Below the pieces are notes generated by a model that ran no database searches, was not told the DNA's origin, and worked only from the letters and a program-made list of their open reading frames with translations. Below are positions 54,275-64,000 of a stretch of DNA of 64,000 nt, one piece after another. The translations under genes and the position numbers were made by a program. The first letter of the stretch is position 1; each line of letters starts with the position of its first letter. The stretch lies in assembly GCF_009914755.1 (NCBI RefSeq), contig NC_060939.1; one strand, 5' to 3'. Source of the stretch: the human T2T-CHM13v2.0 reference genome, Homo sapiens.

Positions 54275-55145
54275 AACCTACACCTTGTGAGGTTATGAGA
54301 CGTAAATGAGATAACGTATGTAAAGGGCTCAGCACAGCATCTTGGGCATAAGAAGCCCTCAAAAACAGTATTCACTGTCTCCATCTACTCACCTCGTATG
54401 ACACCCACCAATACACTCATAGGTTAAAGCTTGTTATCTAGAAAGATCACCTAGTTCACATCGCCATTTTACAGATGATTAAAATGAAACCTGAAAGGAG
54501 GGAAGGTGACCAGGGTGCCTCTGGGGCAGTAACAGGAACAGGATGAGAACCCAAGGCTCCTGTTGACCAGTCCACCCAGTGGTCTCCAGGTCCCAGACCC
54601 AAATGTCCCCTATGCAGCCCACGCTGGGAAGGAAACACAGCTGGAGGTGAGCACACAAAAAGAAAGCACTCACCTGTCTTTAACCACATGCCCAGTTAGT
54701 TGCAGGAGATGAAGAAGGCAAAGGCCACGCAGATAAAGCCACCCCAGGGCCTCCCTCTCACCAGTCCCAATGCCACAGGAAGTAAATGCCAGCTTACTTC
54801 ACAGAAAATCCCTAATTCCATCGGTGTTCCTTGCTTCTAATGGCAAGCCTGCTGTTTTGAAGCAATGCAAACCAGAGGATATAGTCCTGGAGAGAATGGG
54901 AGGACCACAGTCTAGTGGACAGGCCAAGTTTTCCAGACCTGGAGTCCAGTTCAGGTCCCACATCTCACCAACTGCCTCTGGTCATCTCTATGCTCATTTC
55001 TTCATCCAGAAGGTAGGCGTAATGATATACACTTTAGAGGAGGCTGTATTAGAAGGGTATATAATGTACCCAACACACAGGGAGTTCTTAATAAGTAGTA
55101 TTTGTCCAAAGTTCTGTTTGTGTTCCAGTTCTATCACATGTGTTG

Positions 55146-55271
55146 TGACCTGGGGCAAACTGCCTCCTCTCCCGAGAGTCTGATTTCTTGCATGTTTTCT
55201 ACTCTTTCCCCCACTGATGGGGTGACATACATGAAAGTGCTTTATAAGCCAAGGATTAAAAGCAACTCTTC
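55146..55271 (-). repeat. Arm 2 of the 126-bp inverted repeat
   Basis: See arm 1 at 54149-54274. Confidence 0.95.
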
Positions 55272-55835
55272 CTTCATTTGCTCCCCACAAAGATTTTTTA
55301 AAAACACCAGAGCTGTAAGAAATTATGGCAGTGTATCATCCTACATGGACTTTTCACAAGGTTATCAGTCAAGCCTCCTTTAGCTCAGCAACAGCTAACC
55401 AAATCCATCTGCTACATTCAATGGTGTTCTCTGGGTTTCCCAGCCTCTTCAGCCCACTTTTATGTAAACTCAAACAAAAACCCTTAGTGAAAGACAGCGT
55501 GAAATGCAATCAGGCTGACCCTCCCTTTCAGAAAGAGAGCAGAAAGTGCACCTAGGGCTGGGGTTTCCAGCCCTCCAGCCCAGCAGACATGCTCAGGCTC
55601 TGGAGGCAGCAGGGCTCCCACTGCTATCCTGGGAGGAAGAGCCCTGCCCTCTGCCAGCCTTGCCCACAGCACTGGACCCATTTTCACAATCTCCAGGAGC
55701 CCATCCCCAGCCAAATCCATCTGGAGCCAGAGGATTCAGCCCCTAATGGCTTCCATCTTCTCCTCCCTCCCTCTGTCCTGCATACACCACCAAGTTATAG
55801 GCCTTCCTCAAAAACTATAAATGGCTCCCTGTTGC

Positions 55836-56170
55836 CAGCGGTGTTTCTTAAGACTTGTTCAGGTGGCACAGTAGTAAGTCATACAGTTTTTATGGGACAT
55901 TCTTAATATACTGACATATCTAATTCTAACAAACAAGGAACAATTACCAACTAGCAGAAAGTATTTTAAATATTCAACAAAATCCCTGATATGTCCCAAG
56001 ACAAAAACAAAAGCTGTGGTGGGTCAGTGGCTGCTGCTCTTTGTTCAGATCCACTTGCTACTGTCCAGTCACCTTGGAATCTGCTCACATTCTTAAGAAG
56101 ACAAGGGGTAGCAGCTACCAAAGGTTTAGAAAGAAGTATGCAAGAAAGACTTAAGACTGGGAAACTGCTG
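55836..56170. mobile_element. Probable hAT-Charlie-type DNA transposon remnant
   Basis: Ends cagcggtgtttctt...gggaaactgctg resemble Charlie TIRs; AT-rich interior. Confidence 0.45.
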
Positions 56171-56850
56171 TTGATAAATTTTTCCTGCAAATCAGGAAAA
56201 GTCCTGTATGGTATAACTTTCACAGTACCATCACTGGTCCAGTGGAAATGGCAGTGTTCCTTGAGGGCAAAGTCTGAGAACCATTGATCTCTAAGGAAAA
56301 AGGCCTCCTCAGCCTGTGAGTCAATGTCCTCTCCAATCTGGCCTCAACTACCTACCACCCTCACTCCTCTCCCTGACCCCAGTGTTTCTGCCCCTCACTG
56401 CCTCATGCACCTGAGCTCTGATATCATTTTCCACTTCTGCTCCCCTGCCTGCGAGGAATGGCCATGCCAGCCTCCTGATGAGCCTTCTCTGTATATGCTG
56501 TCCATCCTGAGACCTGCTTTCTGCTTTTACTGATGTCTCATCTCATCTTTCCTGGTAGCTGTAAAATCCTTCAGGGCGGGGGCTGTGGCTCCAACAGCCT
56601 GTACTCTCAGAGTCTGGAAGGATACCGTCCCTCCCTGTCAAGACCACAAGCTACTTCGGGGCAATGGCTGGACCACACACTTTTCTAGGTATTTTCTTCA
56701 GAATCCCAAACAGCACAGCTGGTGAGCCAGAGAACCCAGCAGGGAACATGTCCCCACAGAATTGCTGAGAGCGAGTGGGACCTGGGGGAAAGCTGATGCT
56801 GTCCCCTCTCAACTACTAAGAAGCTAGGCCCAGGGCCATTACTAGGCCTC

Positions 56851-56893
56851 AGGCCTTCTGCAAGTAAAGAGGCCTTCTGCAAGTGAAGAGGCC
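56851..56893 (+). repeat. 19-bp tandem repeat (aggccttctgcaagtRaag) x2.3
   Basis: Read directly from the sequence. Confidence 0.85.
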
Positions 56894-57496
56894 ATCAGCT
56901 TCAGCTCATGGACCTGTTTGGCTCTGCCCTCAGAGGGCTGCCTTTCTAACATGCCTATTTCTGTCCTCCCAGGGACTCTGTGTTCTGCCAAAATAACCAG
57001 GCCACCAAATTCTCAGAGGCTGTGTGAGGTTAACCAAAGACCTCAAAGAAACTAGGGAAAAAGGCAGGAAACCTATATGCAAGAATTAAAGAAAGCTACC
57101 CCTAACACCTTTCCCCCATACTGTTTCCAGAGCTATTGCTCTGGGTGCTAAGGCTGGACACAGGCGCAGAGTCAACAGGAACTGTTCGGTTTCCAAAAAA
57201 ACAGATTAAAAGGGCACATTATATATGTGTGCCTCTTGCATATATAATAGTTTTAACAACTTGCCTCCACCTCACATGGCTGCCTTTTTACGATAAGCTC
57301 TAAGTGAGCACTCAGAGGGACTTTTTGAGTTGAATAAAATCCCACTGGAGGGACTATTCCAGAACACCCATCCCTCCTTCTCAACCAGGGTCCTAAATGT
57401 GCCCCTCCCACCCAGCATGAAGTACTTAGTGCTCTTTACCTGAGGCTGCTGTGCAGTCGCACTGTCCCTTGAGCTGAGGTGAGGGAGAATCACGTC

Positions 57497-57735
57497 CTTA
57501 GTGAAGTTACCACTCTGAAGCCAGTCTGCCTGGTTTCAAATCCTGACTCTCATTTATAAGCTGTCCGAATTAAGGCAAGTTATATGACCTCTTTGAGCCT
57601 CAGCTTCCCCATCTGTAAAAGAGGGATAATAATAGCATCTAACTTACAGGGTGCTGTGAGAACTGAAGGGGTTTAATATGTATAAAGTGCTAGAACAGTG
57701 CCTGGTATATAGTAAGCATTATACTTAATGCTATG
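57497..57735 (+). mobile_element. Near full-length MIR
   Basis: ctctgaagccagtctgcctggtttcaaatcc...cctcagcttccccatctgtaaaa...agaacagtgcctggtatatagtaagc. Confidence 0.88.
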
Positions 57736-59209
57736 ATGATGATGAGCTGTAAATACTAGTCCAGTGAACAGCTGCTTGGGGCTGAGGCAGGGCAGCCATG
57801 ACAGGAGGGAGCAAAGGGAGAAAGACCAACCAGTTCAACTCTGAGCCGAGGCACCACCTGGGATGTCCCTCCCTGAGCCAGCACACCTTCTACTGGGGGT
57901 GCCTCTGTGGCCATCACCTTTGCCATCTCTCCTGTCCCCCAGTTATAGCATCCAACAGGGATGAGGGGTAAATGGAAAAAATCTTGAGCAAGGTTAGCCC
58001 TCTTAGGAAGAACCTCACAGATAAAAACAAGACATAGGAATTACTCTCCCAAAGGTGATTCAAGCCATGTGGCCTTGGCCAAGTCACTTTACCTTCTTCA
58101 CTTCTCTGTGCTTCAGTATGCCCATCTATACAACAAGGGGTCTGACCAGATAATCACCGGGCTCAGACATTCTAGGATTCTTCTATTCTAACAGACATTA
58201 CTTGCAAAGAGGCATCATTCTACTGCTCTCCTCTCATCTCATTAAAAGAAGACTGAAATGCCAAAGATACAACTTTTAAAAGTGTTTTATAGCAACTGAT
58301 TGTGACACAAATCAGAAAGGGTTCACTAGTCAGCTGGGGAAGGGCCCCAGGCTGGTCACACAAAGGCACTCTAGCCACCTCCATCACTTATCACTTCCCT
58401 TCTCTTCCCTAGTGTCTGCTTGATCCAGGTCACTACTCCTACTTCTGCAGATCTGATTCAGGAGGGCAGCCCTCTTTGTTCTACTCACCTACCTACCCAC
58501 GCCTTCCTGCAGGCCTGTTCAAAGCCTCACCAGCCTCTGCTCTTGGGCCTGCATCCACACCAGCTGCAGCCCTGGTGACACTCTTGGACCTCAGCTGTGC
58601 CCTGGGCAGCAGAATGAGAGTGCCAGAGGTGACTACACAGGCCTGGGTGCTTCCTAAGAGAGCCCAAAAGAAGCCAACAGAAGGCAAAAGAAAGGCTAGA
58701 GCATTCTCTGCACAGGATTTTGAATGTTTATAATAACATCAAACTATCTGCTTGCATCAGAGGCCATGCTGTCTCAAAGCAGCCCCTCCTCCACTCTCCC
58801 TCCTTTACAGACAAAAGTCCTATAAACTGACAAAACCTTAAAATTAAACGGAAAATGAAATTTACCTTAAGCCAACTAAATACATGGAGCTGGGTCAGGT
58901 TTAAGTCAGGTCTGCTTTTGTCACATTAGCTATGGTCTTCTGAAGACTGGAGTATGTTTAAGATAATATTCATGCTTTATAGCCGTGCTTTTTTAACTCT
59001 GCACTTGCCAATTCAGTTACCTTCTCCTATGAAGTTTGCCCTTCAACAATGAGATTAGTAGGTTGATTAGGCTGGTGGAGACAATCATGTTTACAATCTT
59101 CCTAAAACATAGAGCTCTCCATGAACAAGAAAGGCAAAAAAATAAATAAATAAACAAAATTTTTACTCCTTTTCTTCAATTTTCTCTAGAGGCTAGGCAT
59201 ATTTCTGAT

Positions 59210-59473
59210 AGTTTTAAAGCTGTGGAAAAGCTTTATTATAGATTTTAGTACAGAATTAAAAAAGTTCAAACAATAATTGTTTGGAACCACAAATAATTAA
59301 AAGGAAACACAGCAATCCCATAAACAAGCATTCTGGCATCTGTTAGAAATTTTCCCTCAAATTATGAAATGTAGCTCTCCATGCTTTCCAATGATTGTTA
59401 TAATACCCACAAATATCTGTGATTTCAGTGGAATACTTTAACAAAAGTTTTCTTTTTAAGGCATGATCCTGAT
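59210..59473 (-). other. ETFA: ETFA 3' UTR (end approximate)
   Basis: AT-rich stretch from TGA to the minus-strand AATAAA. Confidence 0.8.
59232..59237 (-). terminator. Polyadenylation signal AATAAA of ETFA
   Basis: tttatt on the + strand about 240 nt past the ETFA stop; a U-rich tract lies further downstream on the - strand (59136-59160). Confidence 0.8.
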
Positions 59474-59512
59474 TCATTTTTTCTTCAATATCTCAGTCAT
59501 TTCAGGAACTAC
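59474..59512 (-). CDS. ETFA: ETFA (electron transfer flavoprotein alpha) terminal coding exon: VVPEMTEILKKK*
   Basis: Reverse strand reads tttttgtttttatttgcag|GTA GTT CCT GAA ATG ACT GAG ATA TTG AAG AAA AAA TGA, the recognised ETFA C-terminus; ETFA is the known neighbour of TMEM266. Confidence 0.93.
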   Translation of the reverse strand, partial: VVPEMTEILKKK

Positions 59513-59755
59513 CTGCAAATAAAAACAAAAAGTAATTAAGCAACTAGAGCCTTCACTGTGATATGGTCACAGCTCCGTAAGCATTACAGGGAGGCCAAAA
59601 GAAACAACACAAATCACTGTTGAGGCACGAGGGCCCCCTCCTCTCCACCAGGAACCCCCTGTTCTCCGGTAGTCTCTCTTCCCACCCAGGGCGACTACCC
59701 AGGACCCAGGGCTGACAGGGCTTACAGCCCACTCATTGCCTAGGTGCCTTTTGCC

Positions 59756-60030
59756 TTTTTTTTTTTTTTTTTTTTTTTTTGAGACAGGCTCTCACTCTGT
59801 CACCCAGGCTGCAGTGCAGTGGTACAATTATGGCTCACTGCAGCATCTACCTCCTGGGGTCAATCACTCCTCCCACCTCAGCCTCCCAAGTAGCCACCAA
59901 CCTGTCTAATTCTTGTAGAGATGGGGTATCGTCATGTTGCCCAGGCTAGTCTCGAACTCCTGGGCTCAAGTGATCTGCCTGCCTCAGCCTCCCAAAGTGT
60001 TGAGATTACAGGCGTGAACCACTGCACACA
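59756..60030 (-). mobile_element. AluJ with internal deletion (ETFA last intron)
   Basis: Reverse Alu lacking part of the linker and right arm. Confidence 0.88.
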
Positions 60031-61137
60031 CTGCTACCTTTTGGCTTTGTGACCCAACCACAAATTTCAAGAAGGCACCCTAGAAACAGGAAGCCCAATT
60101 TTTCTTGTCTGGGTGAAGAGTACTGTGTATTTACCTTCATGTTTTGCTTGGCATTCTTCCCACCCTTAACTGCATTCCTGACTTTCCTTCCAAGTCCACA
60201 CCAAAGTCTCTAGCTTACTGCAATTATGACTCCTGCCAACCTCCTTTATACTTGTTCTCTCACTGTTCGTTCATTCATTCATTGTTCATTTCACAAACAT
60301 ATTGGTTGCTTTTTCAGCAGCATGCTACTATCATCTGGCACACAGAAATGTGCTACATGCTGAACATTCAATATCATCACTCTTTATTAAAATCAAGACC
60401 TTGTGTGCTAATGCAGTGGCCGGTCAGCAGACACAGTAAGAAACCACAGCAAGGGGAAATGGCCTGAGTTGGCTCCCATTTTAAAAAGGATTAATTACTA
60501 ACCCTTAGTCGTGGCAGTGCAGTGGCTGCAACTGGAGCTTCCAGTGTAGAGCTGCTTTGTGACTGCTTGGACAGAGGAGAGCTGTCCAAGGGGGCTGCAG
60601 GGAATGTCACACAGATACTCTGAAAACTGGTCCAGCCACTTGTGCAAAATATCAATTACCCAGTCTTCCAAGGGGCTTTCGGCTGCCTTAGCTCACAAAG
60701 ATTCCAGCTGAACTCACCACTGATGAATACAGCCTCTCAATTATTTAAGAGAGCTACATTTCCATTAGGTGGAAATAATGTGTTCGTACAAAATTTATTA
60801 AGGAAATTGTCGACATGTTGTTTCTTCCGAATGTCACTGTCTCCAGCCTATTAAAAGGCCCATGTTTACCATGGAGCCAACAGGCATTTGCTCAGGGGTG
60901 GCATTAAGTGCTGGCACCACTTCTCCCAGCTTTCCTCAGTGGAGAGACCATGAGCTCATGCCAGTCACACAGATGACATGCTAACTGAGTTTCACACGGG
61001 ACCTGTATATTTCATGAAAAATAAGATAAAGCCCAACTACTTTTACCACGAAGTGAAACACTAATTTGGTTTAGAATATATAACTTTTTAAAATTTTACC
61101 GAATATATCCTTACCACACTCCCCATGAAAGGGTTGA

Positions 61138-61515
<378 letters not shown>

Positions 61516-62114
61516 TGATGCCTTATTTAGGAAAAAGGAAATGCTAACTCAGGTTCATTGAGTGTCTGATGGCCTGAGCACACTGAAAGATCTGGATTCT
61601 TGTTTCTGTTCTCTTTTAGATATTGCAGAGGCAGCTCCCTACTCAGTAAGACCCAATAAAAGTCACTTAAGTTTTTTTAAAAAAAGACAACCTACTGATA
61701 TAAATCACAGTACAAGTATGTTTCACTCATTCACTTAGTACTTCCTCCAGGTAGTACTAAGGGAAACAGAGAAGCTCTCTGTCACTGTGGGAGTGACAGA
61801 GGAGTTCTGCCTCCTAGTTGGCAAGCATAGACAGAGAGGCCTATGAACCACCCAATCAGAAGTGTCCTCAGCTTATACTGGAATGTAGGAGAAGGAGAAG
61901 AGAATAGCATTAAAAGCTCCAAATTCAGGAGTTCTGAGGAAGATCAGTGTGGATTAGGAAAATTCAGAACATCAAACTAAAGAAGAAAAGGATTCTAGGC
62001 AAAAAATGAGGCACAGACAGAGATAAACAACTGCAGGTTCCAGAGATAGTAAAGAGATTGTAGTGACTACAGGGGAGAAGAGGAAACAAAAGAAGGTTTA
62101 GAAAGATAAGTAGT

Positions 62115-62960
62115 TTGCCAAGTTCATTCAATGGGAACAGAATAGTCTCTTTGAACAGATAGATGGTGCTGGGACAACTGGATAATCACATGCCAAAGAA
62201 TGAAGTTGGACTCCTACCTCACACCATATACAAAAATTAACTCAAAATGGATCAACAACCTAAATATATGAGCTAAAACCATAAAACTCTTATAAGAAAA
62301 CAGGGGTGAATCTTCATGACCCAATATTTGGCAATGGATTCTTAGATATGATGCCAAAAGCACAAGCAACAAAATAAAAAAAAAGATAAATTGGACTTCA
62401 TCAAAATCTAAAACTCTTGCACATCAAAGGATATTCTCAAGAAGGTGAAAAGCTAACCTACAGAATGAGAGAAAACGTTTGGAAATCATATCTCTGATAA
62501 GTGTTTAGTATCCAGAATATGTAAAGAATTCACACAAGTCAACAAAAAGAGAAACAGCCCAACTGAAAATGGGCAAAAGAGGTGGATAAACACTTCCCTA
62601 AAGGAGATATACGAGTGGCCAATGAACATCTTTTCATATGCTTATGTGCTTAACATCACTAGTTATTAGGAAAACGCAAATCAAAGTCACAATGAGACAC
62701 CACTTCACACCTACTAGGATGACTAGAATTAAAAAACAGAAAATAACAAGTGTTACTGAGGATGTGGAAAAACTGGAACCCTTGTGTACTGCTGGTGGAA
62801 ACGTAAAATCATGCAACTTCTATGGAAAGCAGTTTGAAGGTTCTTCAAAAAGCTAAACACAGAATTATCATATGATCCAGCAATTCTACTCCTAGTTATA
62901 TACCCAAAAGAACTGAAAGCAGGGGCTTGAGCAGATACTTGTAGGCCAATGTTCACTACA
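62115..62960 (+). mobile_element. L1M ORF2 3' region remnant (copy 1)
   Basis: tggtgctgggacaactggata...acaaaaattaactcaaaatggatca...gatccagcaattctactcctag; many stops. Confidence 0.88.
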
Positions 62961-62984
62961 CTATAGATTAGGCAATGGGTTTCT

Positions 62985-63281
62985 GTTTTTTGTTTTTTTT
63001 CTGAGATGGGTTCTCTTTTGCCCAGGCTGGAGTGCAGTGGCATGATCTTGGCTCACTGCAACTTCTGCCTCCTCCCAAGTTCAAATGATTCTTCCATCTC
63101 AGCCTCCCGAGTAGCTGGGGCTATAGGTGCGTGCCACCATGCCTAGCTAATTTTTGTATTTTTTGGTAGAGATGGGGTTTCGCCTTGTTGGCCAGGCTGG
63201 TCTCGAACTCGTGACATCGAGTGATCCACCCACCTTGGCCTCCCAGTGCTGGGATTACAGGTGTGAGTCACCATGCCTGGC
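62985..63281 (-). mobile_element. AluS, antisense, inserted in L1
   Basis: Reverse Alu; TSD-like ggcaatgg on both sides. Confidence 0.9.
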
Positions 63282-64000
63282 TGGCAATGGTTTTTTAGAT
63301 ATGAGACTTCAAGCATAAGCAACAAAGAAAAAATTGGTAAGCTGGATTTCATCAAAATTTAAAACTTTATTTTAAAACTTTTTCTCCCCCTTTTTCATAG
63401 GCATTGACAAAATTTAAAACTTTCATGCTTTAAAGGACACCATTAAGAAAGTGAAAAGACAACCCACACAATGGGAGAAACTATTTGCAAATCAAATATT
63501 CAAAAAGGGACTTATATCCATAATATATAAAGAACACTAACAACTCAAGAACAAAAAGATAATGTGATTTAAAAAGTACAAAGGATCTAAATAAACTTTC
63601 TCCAAACAAAATATACAAATGGCCAATAAGCAGATGAAAAGATACTAAATGTCATTTGCCATCAGGGAAATACAAATCAAAACCACAATGAGATACCACC
63701 TCACACTCATTAGAAGGGCTATATTTAAAAAGACAGACAATAACATACATTAATGAGTATATAGAAAAACTGGAGCCCTCACAAATTTTTGGTGGGAATG
63801 TAAAAGGGGGCAGCCGCTTTGAAAACAACCTGACGGTTATTCAAAATGTTAAACTCAGAGTTACCAGGTGACCCAGCAATTCCATTCCTAGACATCCATC
63901 CAAAAGAAATGAAAACATAGGTCTGCACAAAACCTCATATGTGAATGTTCATAGCAGCATCATTCATAATAGCCAAAAAGGGGAAAAACCCAACATGTCC
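63282..64000 (+). mobile_element. L1M ORF2 3' region remnant (copy 2, runs off the window)
   Basis: ttagatatga...gtgaaaagacaacccaca...acccagcaattccattcctag. Confidence 0.88.

Noticed and set aside
61777-61801. Hairpin ctctgtcact-gtggg-agtgacagag
   Set aside because: A 10-bp stem is too short for a pre-miRNA and plausible by chance in 64 kb
62115-64000. Possible active L1 reverse transcriptase or endonuclease
   Set aside because: Only fragmented 3' ORF2 remnants with many stops and an Alu insertion

Overview
Mammalian (apparently human, 15q24) genomic DNA, not microbial. On the + strand, seven GT-AG coding exons (2985-3058, 12709-12765, 13885-14023, 18451-18566, 34870-35059, 45112-45174, 46651-47225) splice in frame to give the C-terminal part of TMEM266 (C15orf27/HVRP1). 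This is an Hv1-related voltage-sensor-domain protein with an S4 LRIWRVKR motif, a coiled coil and a long Ser/Pro-rich tail; its AATAAA is at 47851. On the - strand is the terminal exon of ETFA (VVPEMTEILKKK*, 59474-59512), so the two genes converge about 11 kb apart. The rest is intronic or intergenic and dense in Alu, MIR, L1M, L2, MaLR LTRs (THE1, MLT1) and hAT MER elements. Most six-frame ORFs are spurious. I found no convincing new gene system. The most interesting unexplained structures are three short local duplications, each about 1.0-1.2 kb from its source: a 126-bp 94%-identical inverted copy dropped into a MIR, a ~150-bp direct copy bracketing a CpG/CTCF patch, and a degenerate copy of a TMEM266 exon acceptor with its own donor (candidate poison or terminal exon). 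Also notable are a candidate internal promoter for a soluble C-terminal isoform and several homeodomain-motif-dense enhancer-like blocks. Repeat boundaries and subfamilies are by eye and approximate.
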